Source: the human T2T-CHM13v2.0 reference genome, Homo sapiens. From it: 64,000 bases of DNA. Position 1 is the first letter of the stretch, and each line of letters starts with the position of its first letter. This document shows positions 28,362-42,126 of the stretch, in pieces. The stretch is from assembly GCF_009914755.1 (NCBI RefSeq), contig NC_060926.1; one strand, written 5' to 3'. The translations under genes were made by a program, and so were the position numbers. The notes below the pieces were generated by a model. That model saw only the letters and a program-made list of their open reading frames with translations. It was not told the DNA's origin and did not search any database.

Positions 28362-30174
28362 GCAATGAGAAAACATGGACACAGGGAGGGGAACATCACA
28401 CACTGGGGCCTTTTGGGGAGTTGGGGGCTAGGGGAGGGATAACATTAGGAGAAATACCTAATGTTATTTCTCCTAATATTATTTCAGCCTAATGATGGGT
28501 TGATGGGTGCAGCAAACCAGCATGGCCCATGTATACCTATGTAACAAACCTGCATGTTCTACACATGTATCACAGAACTTAAAGTATGTATATATAAAAA
28601 AAATCAAAGCCAACAGGGAATACAGCTGAAGAATGTGCTGTAAGAAGACAGAGAAAACAAATAGAACTTGGAACTCTGGGAGCTTTGTTCATCTGTATGT
28701 ATTGGGAGCCAATTAAATAGTGAGAACAAAAGCACCAGAGAGCACAAAAGTTGAAAGATTCAACTATAAAGTGTTGTTTTAGGTGAGCAGGGAAATAATC
28801 TGTTTATTTTTAAATTAGTATTTTTTCTCTTATTGTCATACTTTGGAGAAATGTTTTTGTAGTGGCTCCTAGAAGCAAGGTCCTTTTATAGACATTGGAA
28901 TGTATCTGTGATCTAGCAGGGGTGTGGTGTGGCCTGAGATCAAGCTAGGAGACTGCTTGTTTCTTCTAGATTTTCAGTCATTGTTAGGACTGTGATGAGA
29001 AGCTGTTAGGGAAAACAGTGTTTAAACAAAAGGCAGGAGACACAGGCTAGGCTGTGAACTACAGGTGGTGGGCTCTTTTCCCTGTGTCCCTTCTTCTGGC
29101 TATGAGCACCCTGGTCTCTGGTTTTGTCTCTCTAGTTAAAAACACAAGTGTAGTCCAGGTTTTTATGGGGCTGACAAGTTGTAAACAAAAATTACAAAAT
29201 GTTAAGTGTCAGTAAAGAAATGAAAGAGAGATGTTTGATAGGACATAAGTTTGGGAGAGTACAGTCTTAGGTAAGACGGCCAAGAAAGATCGACCTGGAG
29301 TGGGTGACATTTGGTCTGAGACTTGAATGGCAAGACAAAGAATATCTGCAAAGGCTCTCAGGTGGGAATGAACTTGAAATTTTCTATAAGTAGGAAAAAA
29401 GTACAAGTAAGAGCAAATGGAAAGGTGAGGAAGAGATTAAAGTCATTCAAACCGCAGCATAGCTAACTGACTAACTCCCAACTCCTTGCCTTTCTCCAAT
29501 ATCCTTGGGGTTAGAGAAACAACAGCCTGCATCAACAAAACATAGTACTCATTCATTCTTTCAAGGGAATAATTTATAACTGCAGCAGCTTTTGGTAGAA
29601 CATGAAATTTATGTTCCTGGAAAATTTCCTATTTTAGAAAATTATATACTAAACATAACAGGGTTGTGAGAATATAGAATTAGGGCAGACCACTTCAAAC
29701 CAATGTAATTTTGTAACCACAGCATTAACAAAAATAATGGTATCTGAAGGCATAACAATGGGGGGCTGCCTCATGGAATATTAAAAATGTGTAAGCAAGA
29801 GAGAACAGCAGTGAGAGGTTGAGCCCAGAGAGGAAGAACAAAGAACAAAGACAATCGGTAACAGCCTACAACATGGATCGTGAGAAAGCCTATTGAGGAA
29901 GACATTCAGCTTCTGGTAAAGGAACTGAACATCTGAAACAATCCATAAGACTATAAAGAGGCTGACTGATCATGGAATCTGAAGAAAGAGGTCATTTATT
30001 AAATGTGTCAAAAGTTAAATAGTATTTTCTCAAGTCCAGCTACTCTAGAGAGAGTAAAATCACAGGTGTACATTCTATCAACATGCTCTACTTTCAGCTT
30101 TCTAATGAGTAAGGAAGGAGTGAACAGAAAAGGTTCAGGCCTCAAAGTGTCTAGGAATTTCTGGTTTTACTTAC

Positions 30175-30392
30175 CTGGAGCTCTCAGCTGCTGTGTAAGG
30201 ATTGTAGCTGCCCTGCCGAATAAACCAGTTATAGAGAGCGGCCCAGGCAGGACCACTGTGTTCTGGCTTTCCCAATCATGAGTGACTTTGGATTATCCAG
30301 CCCCAGTTGAGCCTGCAGATGACTGCAGCTGCCTGAGTAACCTGAAGATGAGTAGAAGAACCACCCAGCTGAGACCATTCCAGAGTGAAGAA
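30175..30392 (-). ncRNA. Candidate spliced (likely non-coding) exon, partly MLT1-derived
   Basis: Minus-strand acceptor CCTTTATTTTGATCTTTCTATCAG (AG at 30394-30393) with a TTAAT branch-like site ~30 nt upstream, and a perfect donor CAG|GTAAGT (30174-30169). Confidence 0.4.
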
Positions 30393-30738
30393 CTGATAGA
30401 AAGATCAAAATAAAGGCATGTGATTAAAAATGAAAACAAAATGAACTGGTGTAATAGGATCAGCAAAGCTGAAATTACATATGCATGAGGATTACAGCAA
30501 GTTACTCCTCAGGTTAAAGGTAAGGAGAAATGAAATTAGGTAGATTCAAAATGTAATGGATGAGTTCAGCCACATGTACAAATGTACAGCAAACTAAATT
30601 ATCTTCAAATATTAACTGACAAATTTGAAAATTTTCCAAAATCTAATCAGTGTGGCTTGTATTAACTTCGGGGAGGCGTGTTAGATGTTGCAACTAGGAA
30701 AATGTTAGGCAGGGGTCAGAAATTCAAATTCCTAAAGA

Positions 30739-30790
30739 GATCATGCAGATAATATAAATGCAGATAATATGATCATGCAGATAATATGAA
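30739..30790. repeat. Short tandem triplication of ATGCAGATAATAT
   Basis: GATCATGCAGATAATATAAATGCAGATAATATGATCATGCAGATAATATG. Confidence 0.85.
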
Positions 30791-30814
30791 GCTGAGCCTT
30801 ATAAAAACAATGAT

Positions 30815-31969
<1,155 letters not shown>

Positions 31970-34835
31970 GGTAGGAAGAATTATTTTGTCATTGAATTCT
32001 TTCAAGAAGACCACATCAATTACCATTTTCCAGAATGAACTGCATATAAGTTAACTAATCAGAACAAACAGAAAGTTTATTAGTTCATTGGAAATGTCTA
32101 AGGGAAAACTTTAAAAGGTTATAATTCTATGGTGAGTGGCCATGAAAACTAAATAATAATTACATTATCTGTTTTGTTCAGTGGGAATATCTGCTTAAAT
32201 CAGAAATACACTTTTCAGGATAGCTCTATGGTTTTCTCTGGCGAAGTATTTTCTATCATGTATTCTGAAAAATAGTCACTTTCAGTGTTGCTAATAAGCA
32301 TTAAGTAAGTAGAGTCCATAACCAACTAAGTCTGGGAAGTACTGATTAAGCAGAGTCAAACACATATCTTTACTATTACGCCTCTAAGAATTTTAATATT
32401 TTAACGTGACTTGTGAATTTCCCAGAAAAGGATATGGTGTGCATCATTTACCAAAGTCATTTGTCCAGAATTCTAGGTGAGATGGCATTCTAAAAACATA
32501 TTGTGTGAAATTCCAATCTATTTTGCATGACTTGGAAGTAAATAAACCATCCTGTCTCCCTCGTTTCTTCCCTTCCTTCCTTCCTTCCTTTCCCTTCCTC
32601 TCTACCTCCCTTGACCTTGAGAACAAGTGGAAACAAGCCTATATGTTGACATCCTAACTTCAACATGTCATTATCTAAATATTCGTAAAACTCACCATGT
32701 TTATAGGATATATTATGATGTACAAATCAAGTAGTATGAACAAACTGCAATTTTTAAAAAATTGTGGACGTAACTAAGGCTGAGGTGTCCAGTACAGAGA
32801 TTAAGGGTGAATTATGCCAGAGCATAGGTGAAATTTAGCAGTTTTGTATTCAGTATCATAGTGTTTGGAAAATGGTTACTTGAATGTAATATTGTACTTT
32901 CGATTTCCGTCAATGGTCAGTTAACATTTGTGCTCATCCCAAAATTCCATTTTGCCTACTTATTTACTAGTTTCAGTTTTGTGTGTAAAGGTTTTTGCCA
33001 GTGGCACACTCAATGATGAGAACATTTTTGACAACATGTCACATTATTTTATGCATTTTTGCCAGTCAGATTGTATGAGAAAATTGAATCCCAAACTAAG
33101 CATGAAATCACCTATCTTAAAAGATCTAAGAGTGAGCTTATTTTAAATTTGAAATACTTATTTGATTTCATTAGATTTTTCTCTACTGTTGCTTCCTCTG
33201 GGAATACACTCCAAACGAAGTTAGCAGTTGGCTAAGGGAATAGCATGTGAGACCAGCAAATTTGTATGTTCTAAAGAAGCTTAAAATATTCTGTAGCTTG
33301 CCTTAAAATATAATATACATAATTTATGTCTATGGCCCTGTATGCTAATTCTTATTTTTGCCAGAGATTGAGAGCCACTGAGCTATATTAAAGGAAAAAA
33401 AACAGTAGGACAGTCTACAATGCAGATATCTAGGCATTCAAATGAATTGTCTTTAAACTAACTCTTCAGTCCCTAGCAGGTGAATAGAAGCTAGGTGGAT
33501 AATTTTAAAGCACTAATTTATCTTTAGTTTCTTTCTTCTCATATTACTGTTAAGCTTCTGTAAATTTTATATGAATTAACGCATTCATATGTTATAGTAG
33601 TACCTCATCTTTAGAGATGGTAGTTTCTATAGCTCAATAGATAAACGCTGAAACTCCTACTTCAGTGTCCCATAGTACTTTGTACATATCTTTATTATAG
33701 CACTTCTCGCAATATATTACAATTACATAATTATATCCTCACCCTGTAGGTAAGATATAGGTGTAATTTACTTTGTACTACCAGTACCTTGGACAGTGCC
33801 TCAGACAGTGCCTCCAATGTGGTTGATTCTCTTGTTGTTGTTGTTGTTGAATTAACAGATCTGTATTTCAAACTTTGTGGATGATGCATGCTTGCCCAAT
33901 AGATTTTAATTGTTTTTGCATGATTGTTCGTATCTTAACATTAATACACTATTTTTAAAGCGGTTTTAGTTTCACAGCAATATTGAACAGAAACAAAGTA
34001 TTCCCTTAAACCTTCTTCCTTTCCCCACAAACTCCCCCACTAACATCCCTCACCACAGTGGTACATTTATTACAACTGATGAACCTTATATTGATGCAAT
34101 GTTACCACCTAGAGTCCATAATTTACATCAGGGTTCACTCATGGTTTTTCACATTCTATGGATTTGGATAAATGAATGATGACATGTGTTCATCATTGTA
34201 ATATCATGAAGAATAATTTCACTGATCTAAATATCCCCCGTGCTCTGCCTATTCATTTCTCCCTCTATGCTAACTCCTGGCAGACACCAATATTTTTACT
34301 ATCTTCATAGTTTTGTCATTTCCAGAATGTATAATAATTGGATTATACAGTATGTAGCATTTTTTTCAGGTTGGCTTCTTTCACTTAGCAATATGCATTT
34401 AAGTTTTCTTCATGGCTTTCCATGGCTTTATAGTTCTTTTATTTTAATAGCGCTGAATAATATTCCATTGTCTGGATGTATGGCAGTTTATCCATTCATC
34501 TACTGAAGAACATCTTGGTTGCTTCCAAGTTTTGGCAATTTATCAATAAGGATGCTATAAACATTCATGTGCAGGTTTTTGTGTGAGCATAATTTTTAAA
34601 TTTATTTGGGTAAATGTTAAGGACTTCAATTGCTGGATTGAATGGAAAGATTGTGTTTAGTTTTATAAGAATCTGCCAAACTGTCTTCCAAAATGGTTAT
34701 AGCATTTTGCATTCTCACCAGCAGTGAATGAGAGTTTGCTCTATATCCTTATCAGCATTTGGTGTTGTCAATGTTTTGAATTGTGTTCCTTCTAATAGGT
34801 GTGTGCTAGCATTTTATTGTTATTTTAAATTGCCA

Positions 34836-35088
34836 TTTTTTTTTTTGATGGAGTTTCACTCTTATTTCCCAGGGTGGAGTACAGTGCACAATCTCAGCTT
34901 ACTGCAACCTCCACCTCCCGGGTTCAAGGGATTCTCCTGCCTCAGCCTCTTGAGTAGTTGGGATTATAGGCATGTGCCACCACATTCAGCTAATTTTTTT
35001 CTACTTTTACTAGAGATGGGGTTTCACCGTATTGGCCAGGCTGGTCTCAAACTCCTGACCTCAAGTGATCCACTCATCTTGCCCTCCC
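34836..35088 (-). mobile_element. 5'-truncated AluS
   Basis: Lacks the first ~40 nt of the Alu; TSD TTAAATTGCCATTT / TTAAATTGCAATTT. Confidence 0.88.
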
Positions 35089-35855
35089 TTAAATTGCAAT
35101 TTCTTATCAACATATACATATTTTCATACACTTAATCCTCATCTGTATGTCTTCTTTGGTAAGGTTTCTGTTTAGGTCTTTTGACAATTTTTAAATTGGG
35201 TCATTTATTTTCTTATTGTTGAGTTTTGAGAGTTCTTTGTGTATTTTGGATAACTGTCTTTTATTGGCTGTGCCTCTAGCAACTATTTTCTCCCCGTCTC
35301 CAGCTTGTTTTCTCATTCTCTTGGCATTATCTTTTATAGATCAGAAGACGTAAACATAAGCTAGGATGCAATCTAGCTTATCAATCTTTTTTTCATTGGT
35401 TATGACTTTTGTTCTATATTTAAAAAGTCTTTGCCATACCCTAGGTCATCTGAATTTTCTTCTATGTTATCTTCTAGGAGTGTGACAGTCTTGCATTTTA
35501 CATTTATTCTGTTATCTATTTTGAGTTGTTTTTTTTTGAATGATGTAAAATCTGTATTTACATTCAAATTTTTTGCATGTGTACATCCACTTGTTCCAGC
35601 ACCATTCATTGAAATGATTGTCTTTGCTCCTTTGTATTGCCTTTGATCCTTTGTCAAAGATCAGTTGACTATATTTATGTGTATCTACTCTCAATTCTCC
35701 ATTCTGTTCTATTGATTAATTTATTCTTTCACCAATATCACACTATCTTGATTACTGTAACTATACTAAGTCTTGGGGTTGGATAGTTTCAGTCATCCAC
35801 TTTGTTCTTCTCCTTTAATATTATATTGGCTATTCTGGCTCTTTTCCCCTCCACG

Positions 35856-36262
35856 TGATATAGTTTGAATATTTGTTCCCACTAAAATCTCATGTTGAAT
35901 TTTAATCTCCAGTGTTGGAGGTGGGCCTGGTGGGAGGTGTTTAGATCACGAGGGCAGATCCTGCATGGCTTGGTGCTGCCATCATGATAGCGAATTCTTG
36001 TGAGATCTGGTCACTAAAATGTGTGTGGCTCTTCTCCCCCCAATCTCTGGCTTGCTCCTGCTTTCACCATGTGATGTGCTTGCTCCCGCTTTGCCTTCTG
36101 CCATGATTATAAGCTTCCTGAGGCCTCCCTAGAAGCTGAGAAAGTGCCAGCGCCATGCTTCCTGTAAATCCTGCAGTACCATAAGCAAATTAAACCTGTT
36201 TTATTTATAAATTACCCAATCTCAGGCATTTCTTCATAGCAATGAGAGAATGGCCTAACACA
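35856..36262 (+). mobile_element. MSTB-like MaLR solo LTR
   Basis: TGATATAGTTTG...AATCTCATGTTGAATT...AAGCTTCCTGAGGCCTCCCTAGAAGC...TGGCCTAACACA; 5-bp TSD CCACG/CCACA. Confidence 0.9.
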
Positions 36263-37740
36263 CCACATAAACCTTAGAATCAATTTGTCTATATCCACAA
36301 AGTAACTTGCTGGAACTTTGATTGGTACTTCATCAAATTTATAGATCAAATTGGGAAGACCTGATACCTTGACCATATTGTGTCTTTTTATTCATCATAA
36401 TGGAATATCTCTTGATTTATTGAACTCTTGATTTCATTCATTGGAATTTTGCAGTTTTCCTTGTATAGATCTTATGTACATTTTGTTATACTTATAGTTA
36501 AGTATTTAATTTTTAAGTGCTAATGTAATTTTAGTATGTTTTAAATTTTAAATTCCACTTGTTTATTGCTAGTATACAGGAAAGCAATGTATTTTTGCAT
36601 ATTAACCTTGTATCCTGCGATTTTCCCGTGATAGCTTATTGTTATAAGGGTTTTTGTCTTGATTCTTTTGAATTTCCTACATAGGCAATCATCATTGGTA
36701 AACAAAAAGTTTAATTTATTCCTTCTAATTTGTATACCTTTTATTTATTTATTTCTCCCCCCGCTCAGTTTCATTTGCTAGGACTTACAGTATGATAAGC
36801 AGTGGTTAGAGAGGACATCCTTGCCTTGTTCCTGATCTTAGGGGAAAGCTTCCATTTTCTTACTATTAAATATGATGTTGGCTGTAGGCTTTTATAGGTG
36901 TTCTTTATGAAGTAGAGGAAGATTCCCTCTATACCTAATATGCTGAAAGTTTTAAATCAGTAATGGGTGTTAGAGTATGTTAAATGCTTTTTTCTGTGTC
37001 TATTGATATAATCATGTGATTTTTCTTCTTTAGCCTGTTGATTGGATTACATTAATTGATTTTCAAATGTTGAACCAGTCTTCTCACATACCTGAGATAA
37101 ATCCCACTTGATAGTGATGTGCAATTTTTTTTTACTTTTTTTGATTCAATTTGCTAATATTTTGTTGAATATTTTGTTTTTATATTTGCAGAATATATTG
37201 GTTTCTAGTTTTCTTGTATAATAGTTGTCTGGTTTTGGTATTGGGTTAATGCTAAACTTAGGAATTAGGGAGTATTCCCTCTATTTCTATCTTATGGAAG
37301 AGATTGTAGAAAATTGGTATAATTTCTTTTTTAAGTGTTTGGCAGAATTCATAAGTGAGCCCACCTGGGCCTAGTGCCTTCCATTTTAGTAGGTTATTAA
37401 TTATTTATTTAATTTATTTAATAGGTATAAACCTATTCAGATTGTTTATTTCTCCTTATGTAAAGATTACATACAGATTGTGTTTTTCAAGGAATTAATC
37501 CATTTTATCTAGTTTATCAAATTTGTGAGCATAGAATTATTCCTAATATTCTTTTTTTGTTTTTTTAATATCAATGGGATATGTAGTGGTGTTCCTTTTA
37601 ATCATTTCTAATCCTAGTCATTTGTGACATCTCTTTCTCTCTTAAAGTAGCCTGGCTAGAGGCTTATCAATTTTCTTTCCTTTTTAAAAAATAAACCTTG
37701 AATTTGCTGACATACAGTCTTTTCAATTTTGTTGATGTTT

Positions 37741-39855
37741 TTCACAATAGCCACAAAAAGAATAAAATAGCTAGGAATACAGCTAACCAGGGAGGTGAAA
37801 AATCTTTACAACAAGAATTTCAAAACACTGCTCAATGAAATTAGAGATGATACAAACAAAGGAAAAAACATTCCATGTTCATGGATAGAAAGAATCAAAA
37901 TTGTTAAAATGGACATACTGCCCAAAGAATTTTAAATATTCAGTGCTATTCCTATCAAACTACCAATGACATTCTTCACAGAATTAGAAAAAAAAAACTA
38001 TTTTAAAATTCACATTAACAAAAAAAAGAGTTCAAATAGCCAAAGCAATTCTAAGCAAAAAAAAAAATAATAATAAAATAAAGCCAGAGACATCACATTG
38101 CCTGACTTCAAAGTATACAAGGCTGCAGTAACCAAAACAGTACCATATGGTACTGCTCAAAAAACAGACATATAGACCAATGAAACAGAATAGAGAGCCC
38201 AGACATAAGGCCACACTCCTACAACCATCTAATCTTCAACAAAGTCAACAAAAACAAACAATGGGGAAAGGACTACCCATTCAATAAATGCTGCTGGGAT
38301 AACTGGCTAGCCATATGCAAAAGTTTGAAATGGGACCCCTTCCTTACATCATATACAAAAATCAACTCAAGGTGGATTAAAGACCTAAATTTAAAACCTA
38401 AAACTATACAAACCCTGGAAGTTAACCTAGGAAATACCATTCTGGACATAGGATCTGGTGACGATTTCATGACAGAGATGCCAAAAGCAATTGCAACAAT
38501 AGTTTTTTTTTTTTTTTTTTGAGATGGAGTCTCAGACTGTCACCTGGGCTGAAGTGCAATGGCACGATCTTGGCTCACTGCAACCTCCACCTTCCAGGTT
38601 CACACAATTCTGCTGCCTCAGCCTCTGGAGTAGCTAGGATTACAGGCACATACCACCAAACCCGGCTAATTTTTTGTATTTTTAGTAGAGACTGGGTTTC
38701 ACTGTGTTGGCCAGACTGGTCTTGAACTCCTGACCTTGTGACCCACCCACCTCAGCCTCCCAAAGTGCTGGGATTACAGGCATGAGCCACTGTGCCCAGC
38801 CGCAACAACAGCAAATATTGACAAACGGGATCTAAGTAAACTAAAGAGCCTCTGCACAGCAAAAGAAACTATCAACAAAGTAAACAGACAACCTACAGAA
38901 CGGGAGAAAATATTTGCATCCTATGCAGCTGACCAAGGTCTAATGTCTAGCATCTATAAGGAACTTAATAAGCAAAAAAAAGCAACCCCATTAAAAAGTG
39001 GGCAAAGGACATGAACAGACATTTTTCAAAAGACATACGTAGCCAATAAGTATGTAAAAAAATGCTCAACATCACTAATTATTAGAGAAATGCAAATTGA
39101 AACCACAATCACATACCATCTTATACCAGTCAGAATGGCTATCATAATAAAGTCAAAATATAGCAGATGCTTGTGAGGTTGCACAGAAAAGGGTATGCTT
39201 ATACACTGCAGGTGGGAATGTAAATTAGTTCAGCCATTATGGAAAGCAGTTTGGTGATTTCACAAAGAACTCAAAGCAGAATTACCATTTGGCTCAGCAA
39301 TCCCATTATTGGATTTATACCCAAAGGAAAATAAATTGTTCTACCATAAAGACACATGCATGCATAAGTTCCTTACAGCACTATTCACAATAGCAAAGAC
39401 GTGGAATCAACCTAAATGCCCATCAATGATAGACTGGATAAAGAAAATGTGGTACATATACACCATGGAATACTATGTAGCCATAAAAAAAAACAAGATC
39501 ATGTCCTTTGCAGCAACATGTATGGAGCTATAGGCCATTATCCTAAGTGAACTAACTTAGGTATGGAAAACCAATACTGCATGTGGGAGGATGCAGTATT
39601 TTTTTCCTTTGTGTCCGTATGTACTGAATGTTTAGCTTCCACTTTTGGGAGGTAAAGGAACAACATACACTGGGGCCTACTAGAGGGTGGAGGGAGGGAG
39701 GAAGCTGAAGATAAAAAAACTAACTATTGGGTACTGTGCTTATTACTTGGATGGTGAAATAATCTGTACACCAACCTCACACGACATATAATTTACCTAT
39801 ATAACAAACCTGCACATGTACCCCTGAGCCTAAAATAAAGGTTTTTTTTAAAAAA
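37741..39855 (+). mobile_element. 5'-truncated L1PA15/16-like LINE nested in the older L1
   Basis: TTCACAATAGCCACAAAAAGAATAAAATAGCTAGGAATACAGCTAACCAGGGAGG...; ORF TWNQPKCPSMIDWIKKMWYIYTMEYY; 3' end AACAAACCTGCACATGTACCCCTGAGCCTAAAATAAAGG. Confidence 0.88.
38503..38801 (-). mobile_element. AluS (Sg/Sc-like) nested in L1PA15/16
   Basis: Poly-T...CTCCTGACCTTGTGACCCACCC...; TSD GCAACAATAG / GCAACAACAG. Confidence 0.92.
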
Positions 39856-40859
39856 GAACCAGGTTTTGGTCTCAGTGTTTTTCTCTATTGATTTGTTTGC
39901 AGTTTTTTTTTTTGCTCTAATTTTTGTTATTTCTTTTCTTCAGCTTACTTTGGATTTATTTTCTTTTCTTGCTTTTAGATTTCTAAAATAGGAGGTTAGA
40001 TTATTGACCTTAGGTCTTTCTTCTTTTCAAATACATGCCTTCGATACTATGAATTTCCTTCTAAGCACTGTATTCACTGCATCCCCCAGATTTTAAGTTT
40101 TATTTTTATTTTTACTTAATTCAAAATATTTTTAAATTTGTCTTGATATTTCTTTTTTCATACATTTGTGATTTAGAAGTGCATTGCTTAATCTCTAAGC
40201 ATTTTAGGATTTTCCAGCCATCTTTCTGTTATTAATTTCTAGTTTAATTCCATTGTAGTCTAAGAGCAGAAATTCTATAATTTCTTTTCTTTAAGCTTGT
40301 TAGGATGTGTTTTATGACTTAGAATGTTATCTGTATTGGTGAATGTTCCAAATGAGTTTGAGAAGAGTGTGAATTCTGCTGTTATTAGGTGTAATCTTTA
40401 GATGTCCATTATATACAGTTAATTGATAGTGTTGTTGAATTCAACTGTGTCCTTACTGATATTCTGCCTACTGGATCGATCCATTTCTAATAGAGGAATA
40501 TTGAAGTCTCCAACTATAATAGTGGATTACTCTATTTCTCCTTAAAGTTCTAACCATTTTTGTCTCATGTATTTGGATGCTTTTTTGTTAGGCAAATACA
40601 TGATAATGATTACTACATCTTCTTGGAAAATTGACCCCTTTATTATTATGTAATGTATCTCTTGATTCCTGATAATTTATTTGCTTTGAAGTCTTCTCTG
40701 TCTCAAATTAATATAGCAATCCCAGTTTATTTTGATTTTTGTTCACATGATATATCGCACTCTGTTTATTTACCTTTGATGTATATGTGTCTTTATAGTA
40801 AATTTCTTGTAGACAACATATAATTGGGCCTCACTTTTTGATCACTCTGACAATCTTTG

Positions 40860-40936
40860 TGTCAAACTTCTGGCCTCAAATGATCCTCTTGCCTCAGCCT
40901 CCCAATGTGCTATAATTACAGGTCACTGTGCCCAGA
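40860..40936 (-). mobile_element. Alu 5' fragment
   Basis: TCAAACTTCTGGCCTCAAATGATCCTCTTGCCTCAGCCTCCCAATGTGCT...CACTGTGCCCAG. Confidence 0.75.
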
Positions 40937-42023
40937 TATTTGTCTTTGAATTGATGCATTTAGACCATTCATATTCAAAGTGATTACTGATATAATTGGA
41001 TTAATATCTACCATTTTTTTTTTACTGTTTTCTATCTGTTGCCCTTGTTCTTGGCCCTATTTTTGTCCTCTACTCTTTTTCTGCCTTTTATGGTTTTAAT
41101 TGAGCATTTAATATACTTTTCTCTCCTTTGTTAGCATATCAATTATATTTCTTGTTTTATTTTCTTTATGGGTTGCCCTAGAGTTTGCAATATACCTTTA
41201 CAACTAATTTAAGCTAACTTTTAAATAACTCTATACAACTTCACAGGTAGTGAAAGTGCTTTGTAATAACAAGATAATCCTAATTCCTTCTTCCTGTCCC
41301 TTGCATTATTGCTGTCACTCATTTTACTTATACATGTAGATTTGAATAAGTTGTTGATACTATTTTGAACAAAATGTTATCTGTCAGATCAATTGAGAAT
41401 AAGAAATATAAAAGTTTCTATTTTACCTTTACTTTTCCTTCTCTGATGCTCTTCCCTTCTTTTCATAGACCTGAATTTCTGACCAACATTATTTTACTTT
41501 TCTCTAAATAACTTCTCTTAACATTTCTCACAAGGCATGTCCACAGGCAATAAAGTCCGTCAATATTTGTTTGCCTGAAAAAGACTATTTCTTCTTTATT
41601 TTTGAAGGATAATTTTTCGGGCACAGAATTCAAAGTTGTTGTTAGTTTTTTTTCTCAACATTTAAGTCACTTAAATATTTCACTCCACTCTCTTCTTGCT
41701 TGCATGGTTTCTGAGGAGAAGTTGGATGTAATTCTTACCTTTGCCCTTCTATAGATGAGGTATTTTTTTCCTCTCTAGCTTCCTTCAGGATTTTTTTTCC
41801 CTTATTTTGATTTTTTGTATTTTGAAAATGTTATGCCTAGGTGTAGTTTTTCTGGCTTGTAGCCTGCTTGGTGTTCTCTGAACTTCCTGAATCTGTGTTT
41901 TGGTATCTCATATTAATTTGGGTAAATTCTCAGTCATAATTGCTTCAAATGTTACCTCTATTCCTTTCTCTCTTTCTGTCATTCCCATTACATGTTACAT
42001 CTTTTTTAGCTGTCCCACAGTTC

Positions 42024-42058
<35 letters not shown>

Positions 42059-42126
42059 GACACACACACATACATTTTTTAAGTCTGTTTTTTCTCTTTG
42101 TTTTTTTTTTTTTTTTTTTTTTTTTT
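42024..42126. repeat. (TA)n(CA)n compound microsatellite and T26 run
   Basis: Directly visible. Confidence 0.9.

Noticed and set aside
29580-29750. Possible ancient Tigger-like fragment
   Set aside because: Resemblance too weak to assign without a profile search.
30739-30790. Short direct repeats (also 53653-53765 and 56812-56930) as CRISPR-like arrays
   Set aside because: Only 2-4 copies, no unique equal-length spacers, eukaryotic context and no cas genes.
33010-33085. ATGATGA as a possible C/D snoRNA C box
   Set aside because: No properly placed CTGA D box or terminal stem.
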